A DNA stretch of 64,000 nt from Acidobacteriota bacterium (GCA_963666055.2 CAXWPH010000015.1:960001-1024000), one strand, 5' to 3'; shown: positions 20,668 through 31,308, counted from the first letter of the stretch. The notes: generated from the letters alone by a model not told the origin. A program made the numbers and translations.

Positions 20668-21178
20668 TCACTGCGAGACGACTAACCCATGGCGCGCGTT
20701 TACCCGCCGCACTACAGGATCTCCTAGCACCTTCTCGTAGACCCAGGAATAGTGATCCCAGCCACGGAGAACTTCACGAGCCTTTTCCTCTCCCACTAGC
20801 TGTGTCATTGCCTGAAACTCGAGATCGCACACGATGAGATGAAGGTAGGTGCTCTCCGAATCACTGGCGCCGCCAGACGCCCTATCCGGCACGCTCGGGA
20901 AGCGCTCGCGGAACTCGGCCTTCGCAGCTTCGCGAGCTTCAGAGCCTAGTTCCTCGAGCCAGTGGAACTGCTCGTGCAGGAAGGTCGCCAACTGCAACAC
21001 GTCGTTGTCGACGTAGCGCGTGTTGACCGTGAGTACGGGATGGCTGTGCGGAATGACTCGAGACTCGATCATCACCTCTTTGGTGAAAAGCCCCTGGTCG
21101 ATCTCGTACGTCATCGTTATTCGCTCTAGTTGCTCCTTTCCGCGGGCCCCCAAAGCTGTTCCGTTCTTTGTGGAGATG
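20668..21178 (-). pseudogene. Hypothetical HExxH protein, 5' end removed at an IS3 end remnant
   Basis: FLHEQFHW motif; the first codons of ORF 20668..21204 (MSGKAGQG) are read from the IS3 inverted repeat. Confidence 0.6.
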
Positions 21179-21212
21179 CGACCTTGCCCCGCTTTCCCGG
21201 ACACTTAGTTAA
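21179..21212. mobile_element. 34-bp right-end remnant of the IS3-family element found at 23812-25183
   Basis: cgACCTTGCCCCGCTTTCCCGGACACTTAGTTAA matches 23812-23845 except for the terminal base. Confidence 0.85.
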
Positions 21213-22381
21213 GGAACCTCTGATCAATTCGGGTTCGATGGGATAATGCACGCGGATCCGATCACGCCGCCAGAGGGAGAAGGGAATGCGCCAGCAGACG
21301 CTTGCCGAAGGGTCCTTTGAGCAGTACCGGAAGGTGACCCGCCGGGAGCGGTTCCTGGCAGAGATGGATCAGGTGGTGCCGTGGGCCCAGCTGTGCGCTT
21401 TGATCGAGCCGGTGTATCCGAAGCCGAAGGGAGCGGGACGGCGCCCAGTCGGGCTGGAGAGGATGCTGCGCATCTACTTCATGCAGCAGTGGTTCAACCT
21501 GTCGGACCCGGGGGTGGAGGAGGCGCTGTACGACTCGCGGGCGATGCGTGCCTTCGTGGGGATCGATCTGGGACGGGAGCCGGCGCCGGACGAGACGACG
21601 GTGTGCAAGTTCCGGCACCTTCTGGAGACCCACGAGCTGGGCGTGCAGGTGTTCCACATCGTTGCCGAGCACCTGCAGGGGCGGGGGCTGAAGGTCAGCA
21701 CGGGCACCATCGTCGACGCGACGATCATCACCGCCCCGTCATCGACCAAGAACAAGGCCAAGCAGCGGGATCCGGAGATGCGCTCGACCAAGAAGGGCAA
21801 CCAATGGTACTTCGGGATGAAGGGACACTTCGGTGTGGACAGCAAATCCAAGCTCATTCACTCGGTCGTGGCCACCGCCGCCAATGTCCATGACAGCCAG
21901 GTGCTAGAGGATCTGCTGCATGGGCAGGAGACGCGGGTGTGGGGAGACAGCGCTTATACGGGCCGACGGGAGGTCATTGTCCGGTGTGCTCCCGGTGCCA
22001 AGGACTTCACCAACAAGAAAGGGCACCGTCACCGGCCACTGACCGAGCGAGACCGAGCTCGAAACCGCACCAAGTCGAAGGTGCGGGCCAAAGTCGAGCA
22101 CCCGATGCTGGTGATCAAGCGCATCTTCGGCTTCAGAAAGGTCCGATACCGAGGGCTCCACAAGAACGCGCACCGGCTCTTCGTGACCTGCGCGTTGGCC
22201 AACCTATTCATGGCACGCAAGGTGCTGCTCGCGCACACCTGAAACAGGCACCCTGAGAGGCCGCCGTCGCGGTTGAACCCGTCGGCAGCAGCTCGGAGGG
22301 CGACTGCATTCCCACCCTTATGCCGACCAGTTCCTCCAATCAGGCTCCATCCTGACTGACGGCCAATTGATCAGACCTTCC
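21213..22381 (+). mobile_element. IS5-family insertion sequence (1169 bp)
   Basis: Terminal IRs GGAACCTCTGATCAATT / AATTGATCAGACCTTCC, TTAA on both sides, intact transposase. Confidence 0.93.
21286..22242 (+). CDS. IS5-family DDE transposase
   Basis: MLRIYFMQQWFNLSD, IVDATII, QWYFGMKGH, GDSAY, RAKVEHP, YRGL. Confidence 0.96.
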   Translation: MRQQTLAEGSFEQYRKVTRRERFLAEMDQVVPWAQLCALIEPVYPKPKGAGRRPVGLERMLRIYFMQQWFNLSDPGVEEALYDSRAMRAFVGIDLGREPAPDETTVCKFRHLLETHELGVQVFHIVAEHLQGRGLKVSTGTIVDATIITAPSSTKNKAKQRDPEMRSTKKGNQWYFGMKGHFGVDSKSKLIHSVVATAANVHDSQVLEDLLHGQETRVWGDSAYTGRREVIVRCAPGAKDFTNKKGHRHRPLTERDRARNRTKSKVRAKVEHPMLVIKRIFGFRKVRYRGLHKNAHRLFVTCALANLFMARKVLLAHT

Positions 22382-22632
22382 TTAAGCTGAAAACGTCGTT
22401 TGTGCGCTACAGGCGATCGGTGCCGGCGATGAACACGTCGTCACCGTTTGGGCCCGCTTGCACACTACTATTGGAAATTTCAAGTCGTTACTCAACCGGT
22501 TGATAGCCGACACGTGCAGTTTCGGTCTGCGTCCCTGCTTCTATCGTTAAATTCGGTAGTAGTGGACTTTTATGGTCCGCGCCAGGCGGTAGGGATTGTT
22601 TCTTGCGCTCTAGGGATTAGGAAAGAGATGCG

Positions 22633-23811
22633 ATGACTGTCGCAGAAAAATGGCTGACTATGATGCTGCTTTGTTTGTCTGGCAGCACCATTTACTGGAT
22701 GCCGTTTTTTTCAGAGATTTATTATGTACCCATGCAGGACGCCTTTGGTTTTTCCAATACGCAACTGGGCGTTCTATCAAGTACTTTTGGATTTACGTCG
22801 CTGATTGGCTATTTCCCGGGTGGGTGGTTAGCGGATCGCTTTTCATCACGCAAACTCATATCTGTCGCCCTGGTGATTACGGCGGCGGGTGCGTTTGTAT
22901 TCTCGACGATGCCGTCATTCGAGATATGTGTGCTTTTGTTCGGCCTGTGGGGAATAGCAACCGCGTGCGTGTTTTGGTCAGCGATGATCAAGGCAACACG
23001 TAACTGGGCCTCCAGCGCTGAACAAGGGCGGGCGTTCGGCATACTCGAAGGAGGGAGGAAATTTGTTGATATGGCCTCCGCCGCACTCCTTTTAGCTATC
23101 TTCGCTTTCCGCGGCGGTGTTGATGCCGCGCTCTCCGAAATTATCCAGATTCTTGCCGTATCCACTCTGGTTTTGGCAGTTCTCGTTTGGACGGTCATGA
23201 AAGATGCTAGCTCCCACGACGATTACCGGGAGGAACCGCCAACCCATACTGCCGCAGGAATAATAGAGGTCCTGAAATTGCCGATTGTGTGGATGATGGC
23301 GATTATCATCATGGCTGCCTATAGCGGATTATGGGGTGCGATCTATTTAACGCCTTACGCAACTGAAGTGTATGAATTGGGCTCCATCTTGGGCGGCGCG
23401 ATCGGGGTGGGCAAGCTATGGCTTGCGGCCCTTGCGGCCATCGCCGCAGGATTTATCGCAGACAAAATAGGCACGGCGAAAGCCATTGTAGGGTCTTTCG
23501 TTCTAATGACATCTGGCTTTCTCATTTTCGGGCTCCTACCAGGGGGACCGAGTCTTGTGCCGCTATTGTTGATGAATGGTGTCCTCAGTTCCTGCGCTGT
23601 ATATGGCCTGCGTGGGATATAGTTTGCCCTCCTGGAACAGGGTGGTGTTCCTGTTGCTATTACGGGTACTGCGACAGGTGTCGTCTCCGTGATTGGCTAT
23701 ATGCCTGACATGTTTCTACCCGTGCTGGGTGGCATGATCTTAGATGCGAGTCCAGGTGCCGACGGGTATCAGAACTTATTTCTTTTGTTGCGGCTCTGAA
23801 TTTTCTCGGTC
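22633..23811 (+). pseudogene. MFS transporter pseudogene (in-frame TAG at 23620-23622, probable late frameshift, cut by IS3)
   Basis: GGWLADRFSSRK MFS motif A; after the TAG the frame continues FALLEQGGVPVAITGTATGVVSVIGYMPD; visibly lower GC than its surroundings. Confidence 0.82.
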
Positions 23812-25183
23812 TGACCTTGCCCCGCTTTCCCGGACACTTAGTTAAGATCCATTGTCGTAGTCGTAGTAGCGGCTGTGGGAGCTGTTGGCAACGCGGAGCG
23901 TTGTCCAAGCGACGGTGGAAATCGGGAGTCGATTTCCACGGGCGCGTCAGCTTCCACAGCTGATTGGCCGCTCTGGCCTGGCCGCCGCATTGCCGCCTCC
24001 AACTGAGCCGGACTCTGGTCTCCGATCGAGGTGTGCATGCGAGCCCGGTTGTAGAACACTTCGATGTAGTGGAACAACTCGGCTCGGGCCGCCGCCCGGG
24101 AACTGAAGCAGCCACCGAGTTCGAACTTCAGGGTAGAGAAGAAACTCTCCATCGGCGCGTTATCCCAGCAGTCTCCTTTCCTGCTCATGCTGATGGTGAA
24201 GCCACGGTCACGCAGCTTGTCTAGGTAATCGTCGCTGCTGTACTGGCTGCCGCGGTCGCTGTGATGGAGCACTCCGGAACCGGGACGGCGTTGCTCCAAG
24301 GACTGATCCAGGACCGCCAGCGTCAAATCGTCCGTCATCGTCTCGCTCACCGCCCAGCCGATGATCCGTCGCGAGCACAGATCCATCAGCACGGCCAGGT
24401 ATAGCCATCCTTCCTGCGTCCACAGGTATGTCAGGTCGCCCACCCAGACGCTGTCCACGGCATCCACCGTGAAGCGCCGTGCCAGCACGTTGGGCGCCGC
24501 TGACCGCCCAGGTGTGGGCCGTGTTGTCACCCGGAACCGACGGGGTTGGCGAGCTCGAAGTCCTTCCTGGCGCATCAGCCGAGCTACCCGCTTGCGAGAG
24601 CAGCGGATCCCTCGTTGCCGAAGTTGCTTGTGGATGCGCGGACTTCCGTAACGGTCGCGGCTCTCTCGGAATGCAGCTCTGATCTGCACACGTAGACGGC
24701 GATCTTCTCGCGCTCTCGGGCTCGGCCCCCTTCCTCGCCACTCGTAGTAACCGCCGTGAGACACCTCGAGCATCTTGCACAACCGCCGCACCGGGAACTT
24801 GCCGGACAGTTGCTTGATGATCGGGTACTTCATCGCGGGCGTTCCGAGAAGATCGCCAACGCTTTTTTAGAATGTCGCGCTCCTGCCGTACTCGCCGCAG
24901 GTCCCGCCGTAGCTGTTGCCCGTCCAGGTCCTGGTCGGGCATCTTCCCCGCGCCCGGAAACGCCGTGACCCCCTGCTCCTGGAGCTGTTTGCGCCACTTG
25001 GTCAACATGCCGCGGCCAACACCCAGATCCCGGGCCACCTCAGACACCGGATGGCCCAGCTGCGTCACCATCCTCACTGCCTCAATCTTGAACTCGCGAC
25101 TGTACCGCCGTCGTGACCCCATGCTTCACCTCCGAGCCCATTATCGGGCTTCCAAAGGTGTCCGGGAAATCGGGGGAGGCCCA
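23812..25183 (-). mobile_element. IS3-family insertion sequence (1372 bp): orfA from 25122, orfB 23838-24833
   Basis: TG...CA ends with imperfect IRs TGACCTTGCCCCGCTTTCCCGGACA / TGGGCCTCCCCCGATTTCCCGGACA; orfA HTH (YSREFKIEAV); orfB DDE (WVGDLTY, HSDRGSQY, DNAPMESFF). Confidence 0.93.
23838..24833 (-). CDS. IS3-family transposase OrfB
   Basis: YGSPRI, WVGDLTYL, HSDRGSQY, CWDNAPMESFFSTLK. Confidence 0.93.
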   Translation of the reverse strand: MKYPIIKQLSGKFPVRRLCKMLEVSHGGYYEWRGRGPSPRAREDRRLRVQIRAAFRESRDRYGSPRIHKQLRQRGIRCSRKRVARLMRQEGLRARQPRRFRVTTRPTPGRSAAPNVLARRFTVDAVDSVWVGDLTYLWTQEGWLYLAVLMDLCSRRIIGWAVSETMTDDLTLAVLDQSLEQRRPGSGVLHHSDRGSQYSSDDYLDKLRDRGFTISMSRKGDCWDNAPMESFFSTLKFELGGCFSSRAAARAELFHYIEVFYNRARMHTSIGDQSPAQLEAAMRRPGQSGQSAVEADAPVEIDSRFPPSLGQRSALPTAPTAATTTTTMDLN

Positions 25184-25448
25184 GTGCTGGCTCCCAACGA
25201 CTCCGCTGCCCAAGCACCGGCCTCCATGAGCATGCGTACCTGTCGCCAGTGTTGACTGCATAGCGGCCACTTCTGCGCCGAGCGCTTGCAGCGCTCCCCA
25301 CGGCTGCGTTATCGCAACGCACCGCTTTCCTGACTTGAGGCGCATAGCTACGCCTTCCGTCGGAACCAACCAGGCAGCGACGCGGGCGACCGCCCTGCCC
25401 GGCACCATCGGCCACGTAAGGTCCCCCACGAAGCCCTCGGTGAAAGTC

Positions 25449-26666
25449 TCATTCCCGCCCAGCGATTTCGATCAAGGTGCCGAGGTTCTGGGTGCTGTTC
25501 ATCGCTGTCCTGATCTCACCGCTAATTTGTTCGGCAGCCTCACGCACCGGCTCGATACCTACGTGCGCATAGCGTTCCGTGCTGGCCGCTCGCCGATGCC
25601 CTAACACCTTCCCCACCAGGAGAAGGGAAAGCCCGCTGCTCGCACCCCAAGCGCCAACGGTGTGTCGAAGATCGTGAATCCGGACACCCGAAAGACCGGC
25701 GAGTTTCTTCACCCGGCGCCAGGGACGAGCCAGGTCGGTCAGATGCTGGCCAGAGCGTTGGCCTTGAATGACCCACGGGTTCCCGGGGCTGCGCGGGATG
25801 GTGTCCAAGAGCTCTAATACAGGGGAAGTGAGTGGAAAGAACTTCTCCCCGGTCTTGGTATCCGGGAGCCTCCCGAGGTTAAGCTCGAAGTCAAGGTGCT
25901 CCCAGCGCAACGCGAGGATCTCGCTTACCCGGCAGCCAGTGAACAACAGGAGGCGAAGCGCAGCAGCAGCGTGAACGGAAACACGGCCGTCGCTCTCCAG
26001 TTCTTCTATTGCGTCGCCGAGTCGCTGAATCTCGGCACGACTCAGGTACCGAGTCCGAGGCTGCTCCGGGTAACGCCGCACGCCGTTACATGGGTTGGAA
26101 CCGGGCGCGCGTAGCCCTCGGTGCTCGGCGGTCGTCAGTAAATTGGAGAGCAGGAAAAGCGCGCGATTCGCCGCGTAAGGTGTCGCCTGGAGTCCTCGGT
26201 GAAAGCGTCGTACGTCGGCTGTCTCTAGCGCCTCAGGGCGTAGGCGTCCGAATGCCGGTACAAGGTGCGTCGTCAGCAACTGCCGATAGGCACGAGCCGT
26301 GGAGGGCTTTCGCTTCGCTGACACTTCAGCCATGTACTCGATGGCTAGGTCTGCGATCGTCACGTGCCGCGCGTTCCGGCGCTGGCTAGCCTCCCGCGGA
26401 TCCTCCCCGTCGCTCACTTGTACACGCGCGCGCATGGCTCGCTTGCGTGCCTCGCTGACCGTGAGCGGTCCGTAGTCGCCGAGCGTGAGCCATCGGCCGC
26501 GGCCCGCCAGCGTGTACTTGAAGACGAAAGTCTTACGGCCCGACGGATAGACGCGCACGCCGAATCCCTTGACGTCGCGATCCCACCCTCGACAGGTACT
26601 TCCTCGCGCCGCAGGCCCGTGAGCGTCTACGGTGACAGGGTTCCTTCTCCGATCCCCCCGGCCCAC
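25449..26666 (-). CDS. Tyrosine recombinase/integrase with N-terminal arm-binding domain; N-terminus may be degenerate
   Basis: WDRDVKGFGVRVYPSGRKTF arm-binding domain; TGCRVSEI, HDLRHT, LGH, Y catalytic residues. Confidence 0.88.
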   Translation of the reverse strand: MGRGDRRRNPVTVDAHGPAARGSTCRGWDRDVKGFGVRVYPSGRKTFVFKYTLAGRGRWLTLGDYGPLTVSEARKRAMRARVQVSDGEDPREASQRRNARHVTIADLAIEYMAEVSAKRKPSTARAYRQLLTTHLVPAFGRLRPEALETADVRRFHRGLQATPYAANRALFLLSNLLTTAEHRGLRAPGSNPCNGVRRYPEQPRTRYLSRAEIQRLGDAIEELESDGRVSVHAAAALRLLLFTGCRVSEILALRWEHLDFELNLGRLPDTKTGEKFFPLTSPVLELLDTIPRSPGNPWVIQGQRSGQHLTDLARPWRRVKKLAGLSGVRIHDLRHTVGAWGASSGLSLLLVGKVLGHRRAASTERYAHVGIEPVREAAEQISGEIRTAMNSTQNLGTLIEIAGRE

Positions 26667-26789
26667 GGGCTAGAAGCCTGGTTCATCCGCAGAGGCTCGG
26701 CCGGACCGGCAAGATGCACTATGTGACGACGGGCTAAGCACCACAGCGATGTAGCGTAGCGTCGGGTCCGGCGCTATAACTCTGCAACC

Positions 26790-28289
26790 ATGACAAGACT
26801 CGGGATCTGCCTGGTCGTCGTATCGTTAGCGCTCGTGTCGCCATCGGGTAACGCCACCGGACAGCACGCTGGCCGCCACCGCCTGATCGGAACCGGTGAG
26901 CTGATCGCTCCGAACGGTCAGGGACGATGGCAGGGGTTCACGTCGGAGCTGTCGCCCGAACAGCGTGCCACGCTTGGCTCCGACATCACCGCGGCCGAGT
27001 ACGCGAGGGTCCACGCTGCGCTCGACGCGTACGAGCGCACCTACGGGTTGCCGCCGGCAACCAAAACTGACATCTCGACCCGCTACCCCTTTTACCCGCA
27101 GGCCGGGGTGCACGAAGGCGACCTGTTCTTTTCTGGCTTCGTCGACCTGGACCCGACTCAAGGAGATGCCGCCATCTTGGATTGGAATTGCACCGACTAC
27201 ACCTATGATGGGCACCAGGGACACGACTCTGACGTGCGGAGCTTCGCGTTCCAGGACATCGGGGTGCCGATCTACGCGGCGCTGGACGGACGCGTGGTCG
27301 CTGCTCAGGACGGTAATTCCGACCGCTCGACGACGCTGACGTACAAGCCCGCCAACTACGTCATCATCAGCCACGGCGGCGGTCAGCTGTCGCTGTACTG
27401 GCACATGCGCAAAGGCAGCGTCGCGGTCAAGATGGGTGATGACGTCGTAGCCGGGCAGAGCATCGGCATGACGGCCTCGAGCGGCTACAGTTCCGGACCG
27501 CACCTGCATTTCGAGACCTGGGTGAATCGGGTTGCTACCGAGCCGTTCGCAGGCCGCTGCAACCCGGGCGCCAGCGGCTTCGTCAAGCAGCTCAAGTTCA
27601 AGCGCAACACCTACCTGTTCGACGCCGGGATCACCCACGAAGAGCTCCGCACGCTGGCCGAGGACAAGCTACCGCCCGAGCAATTGCCCTCGTCGGGCCA
27701 GTTTCAGACCGACGATGAATGGCTCTACATCTGGTTCCTGCTGCAGAACCTACCGGCCAACAGTACCCAGCGGGTGGTGTTCCGGCGGCCCAATAACTCC
27801 GTCGCGTTGGACACTGGCGCGCGTAAGCTCGGCAACATCGAGTTTTCCCACCAAAGCTGGTGGAGGCAGCGCTGGATCGTCAACGGCATGCGCGTCTTCA
27901 CCGGCACCTGGAAACTCGAGCTGCACGTCAACGGCAAGAAGCTCGCCACGATGCCCTACGAGGTCATGACCAAGCGAGATGCTGACCTGAACCGGGCGCC
28001 GGTGGCGCTCAAGAGGGTCAGGTTTCGCAACAAGCCGAAGGCCCGCAGAGTGCCGTTGTGCGAGATCAAGTACCCGCTGGTGACCGACGACCCCGACTAC
28101 GACGTCGTCTCGTACCAGTACGTATGGAAAGTAGACGGCAGGGTCGTACGCGACGTCACCATCGCAGCGCACTCCGACGCCCTCGCCACCGACCTGTTCA
28201 CCAAGGGCGACCGCCTAGAGTGCACCGTGACGCCGACGGACGGCGATCTGCAGGCGGCCAGCAAGTCGGTCCGCTCCACGGTGAGGTAG
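26790..28289 (+). CDS. Secreted M23-family metallopeptidase with C-terminal Ig-like domains
   Basis: Signal peptide; HQGHD, YWHM, SSGPHLHFE M23 motifs. Confidence 0.85.
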   Translation: MTRLGICLVVVSLALVSPSGNATGQHAGRHRLIGTGELIAPNGQGRWQGFTSELSPEQRATLGSDITAAEYARVHAALDAYERTYGLPPATKTDISTRYPFYPQAGVHEGDLFFSGFVDLDPTQGDAAILDWNCTDYTYDGHQGHDSDVRSFAFQDIGVPIYAALDGRVVAAQDGNSDRSTTLTYKPANYVIISHGGGQLSLYWHMRKGSVAVKMGDDVVAGQSIGMTASSGYSSGPHLHFETWVNRVATEPFAGRCNPGASGFVKQLKFKRNTYLFDAGITHEELRTLAEDKLPPEQLPSSGQFQTDDEWLYIWFLLQNLPANSTQRVVFRRPNNSVALDTGARKLGNIEFSHQSWWRQRWIVNGMRVFTGTWKLELHVNGKKLATMPYEVMTKRDADLNRAPVALKRVRFRNKPKARRVPLCEIKYPLVTDDPDYDVVSYQYVWKVDGRVVRDVTIAAHSDALATDLFTKGDRLECTVTPTDGDLQAASKSVRSTVR

Positions 28290-28546
28290 GCGAATGCGCG
28301 AAGGGTAACGCGTCCTGAAGCGAAATCCTCTGGGAGCAACCCGCGGCCAGAAAGAAGGCGGGAGGAACCGTCGACGAAAGAGGATTACCTCGGAGAATCG
28401 CACCAGGCTCAGCCCTGTTGACACCGGACCAGCGACGAAATGTTAGATGGATGTTAGATCGCTGAACGTTCAGCTTGGAACGTGAGTGTCGAGATCCGGC
28501 CTTTTGTCGGACGGATCTCCTTTGTACAGAGGTAGGTTGCGTGGAG

Positions 28547-28598
28547 TGCCCAAGGAGGGACTTGAACCCCCACGGGCCGAGGCCCACTAGATCCTGAA
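28547..28598 (-). other. 3' half of tRNA-Leu(CAG): probable att site of an integrative element
   Basis: Minus strand TTCAGGA-TCTAG-long variable arm-GGTTCAAGTCC-TTGGGCA; the upstream sequence cannot form the anticodon stem, D arm or acceptor stem. Confidence 0.8.
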
Positions 28599-28763
28599 AC
28601 CGATCCGGCCATTTTCGGCTTGTTCCCGCTAGATACCGCTGGATCTCGTAACGTAATTTGTTTCAGTAGTTTAGGAACAGTTTGAACTGCGCGCTCTTAC
28701 CGCTGGCTACGCCTACTTACGGCTGGGATGGTTACCTTTTTGTTACCCGCGGCGGGAGTACAG

Positions 28764-29040
28764 TCAGGCGTCCTGGCCGCCCACAATGCGCAGTTCTGGG
28801 CGTCCTGTCGGCACGACGGCATCGAGCCGCTTCATAGCCTCCGTGCTGGTTGCTTCGAATAAGTGGCCATAGGTGTCCATTGTGAAGGCGACGGACGAGT
28901 GCCCCATCTGACGGCTGACGTACTTCGGGTTCTCGCCGTTTCGGATGAGTAACGACGCGTACGTATGCCGCAGTGAATGAAGGCCGATCGACGGTGGTAG
29001 TTCCGCGTCGTATCGGATCTGTGCGAACCGGCGACGGTAC
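28764..29040 (-). pseudogene. C-terminal fragment of a tyrosine integrase, truncated by an IS3 element
   Basis: LHSLRHTYAS, QMGHSS, TMDTYGHL motifs; coding sequence stops at the IS end at 29041. Confidence 0.85.
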
Positions 29041-30300
29041 TGACCTGACCCCACGGTTAGTACCACGTCTTATCTCAGTAACTCGGTGCTGACAAGGGGT
29101 TGTTGAGGCCGGCGAAGCGGAGCGTAGCCGGCTTCAACAACAGCGCCTCCGGGGCCGGTGGTCGGTAGCCCAACGAGCTGTGCGGTCGCATGCGGTTGTA
29201 CTGCTGCCTCCATCTCTCGATCAGAACCTTTGCCTCCTTGAGCGTGTAGAAGATCTCGCCGTTGAGCAGCTCGTCTCGGAGCTTGCCGTTGAAGCTCTCC
29301 ACGTAGCCGTTCTCCCACGGCGAGCCCGGCTCGATGAACAGCGTGCCCACACCGAGCCTACCGAGCCAGTCGCGAACCGCCTCGGCGGTGAACTCCGGTC
29401 CGTTATCGGACCGGATGTGCTCAGGTATGCCCCGGTGCACGAAGAACCACCCGAGCCGCTCGAGCACGTCCTCACAGTTGAGCTTCCGTGCCACGTCGAT
29501 CGCCAGGCTTTCTCGTGTGTACTCATCGACGATCGTCAGCAGCCTCATAGCCCGACCCTCGTGCGTCCGGTGATGGACGAAGTCATACGCCCAGACGTGA
29601 TCTTTGCGCTGTGGTCGCAGCCGGATGCACGAGCCATCGCTGAGCCACAGCCGGGCTCGTTTGGGCTGCTTTGTCGGTACTTTCAGCCCCTCACGCCTCC
29701 AGATACGCTGCACTCGTTTGTGGTTCACCCACCAGCCCTCCATACGCAACAACGCCGTCACTCGCCGATACCCGTAGCGCCCGTATTGTCGGGCTAGATC
29801 CACGATCCGCTCCGTCAACATCTGCTCATCGCCCGGTTCTGTTGGCATGTACCTGTGTGTCGTGCGTGGTTGTTTCAGTACCCGGCACGCCCGCCTCTCG
29901 GAGACGCCCAGCCGCCCCCGTACATGCGCCACCGCCTCGCGCCGTCGAGCTGGGCTCAGAAGTTTCCCTCCGCGACTTCCTTCAGGATCGACAGGTCGAG
30001 CTCTTTCTCCGCCACCAGTTTCTTGAGCCGGGCGTTTTCTTTCTCCAGCTGCTTGAGCCTTCTGGCCTGGTTGACCTTCAGCCCCCCCTACTCCCGCCGC
30101 CACCGATAGTAGGTGTGCTCGGTGATCGCTAGCTTGCGGCAGGCATCCTTGACCGTCCCGCCTTGCGCCAGCTCCACTTCAGCCTCCCGGAGCTTGCGTA
30201 CGATCTGCTCGGCGCTGTGCCTCTTCGTCGGCATTCTGACCTCCCCTTTTCGACCCAGATCGTGAGATTACCTCTGGATCCGTTTTGGGGGGTCAGGTCA
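29041..30300 (-). mobile_element. Second IS3-family element (IS407-like, 1260 bp); orfA 29956-30234 has an internal TAG
   Basis: IRs TGACCTGACCCC / GGGGTCAGGTCA; orfA MPTKRHSAEQIVRKLRE...YYRWRRE*GGL; GGGAAAC slippery site; orf[23 protein letters not shown]. Confidence 0.92.
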
Positions 30301-30793
30301 AGGCCTTGGAGCAACGCCGTCCCGGTTCCGGAGTGCTCCATCACAGCGACCGCGGCAGCCAGTACAGCAGCGACGATTACCTAGACAAGCTGCGTGACCG
30401 TGGCTTCACCATCAGCATGAGCAGGAAAGGAGACTGCTGGGATAACGCGCCGATGGAGAGTTTCTTCTCTACCCTGAAGTTCGAACTCGGTGGCTGCTTC
30501 AGTTCCCGGGCGGCGGCCCGAGCCGAGTTGTTCCACTACATCGAAGTGTTCTACAACCGGGCTCGCATGCACACCTCGATCGGAGACCAGAGTCCGGCTC
30601 AGTTCGAGGCGGCAATGCGGCGGCCAGGCCAGAGCGGCCAATCAGCTGTGGAAGCTGACGCGCCCGTGGAAATCGACTCCCGATTTCCACCGTCGCTTGG
30701 ACAACGCTCCGCGTTGCCAACAGCTCCCACAGCCGCTACTACGACTACGACAATGGATCTTAACTAAGTGTCCGGGAAAGCGGGGCAAGGTCA
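30301..30793 (+). mobile_element. 3' fragment of a second copy of the IS3 element at 23812-25183, in inverted orientation
   Basis: Near-identical to the reverse complement of about 23812-24304; ends in GGGGCAAGGTCA. Confidence 0.9.
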
Positions 30794-31233
30794 GACCGAC
30801 CCACGACGTGCGCGCTTGTGCCTTTGGCAACCCTTACCCCCTTAGGCGTTGCACAAAAACTTACGAGATTCTGCGCCGTCCTCACCCGTTAGCGATGGTC
30901 TCGGCGGAGAACCTACAGCCCCCGGCACCCCCTCCCCTCGTCATCGGTCCGGCTCCCGTTGCGCGTGCTGTCGCAGTCGGTCGGTTCCGGCGCGAACCCG
31001 AATCGGTGCCGGCCTTCGAACTCGGGCTCCTCAAGTTCGATCATCGCCACACCCCATCCATCCTCGGGTGTTACGCCCAACGCAAGCCGACCTACGGGGC
31101 TGCGTCCGTGAAGGTACGCAGGAATACGTTGCGGTAACCTAAGTAGAAAATAAGTGGGCGCCGCTGTTGGACCATGCCAACAGCTTGCCCTTGATCCTCC
31201 TAGTCCATTGATTAATAAGGACTTGTCTGGAAG

Positions 31234-31308
31234 TAGCCCTAAGGGGATTTGAACCCCTGTCTCCGCCTTGAGAGGGCGGTGTCCTTGGCCAGGCTAGACG
31301 ATAGGGCC
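31234..31308 (-). tRNA. tRNA-Glu(CTC)
   Basis: GGCCCTA acceptor, CCGCC-CT-CTC-AA-GGCGG anticodon arm, GGTTCAAATCC T arm; CCA not encoded. Confidence 0.95.

Noticed and set aside
19300-21178. Duplicated tRNA-Glu 3' end marking the left island boundary
   Set aside because: No convincing match to TAGCCCTAAGGGGATTTGAACC found by eye
23620-23622. In-frame TAG in the MFS gene (and at 30088-30090 in IS orfA) as pyrrolysine or TAG reassignment
   Set aside because: Both fall at probable Tyr positions one base from TAT/TAC, inside decaying mobile DNA with other lesions; many intact genes in the window end in TAG
28547-28620. Complete tRNA-Leu gene
   Set aside because: The 5' half cannot pair to form the anticodon, D or acceptor stems; treated as an att fragment
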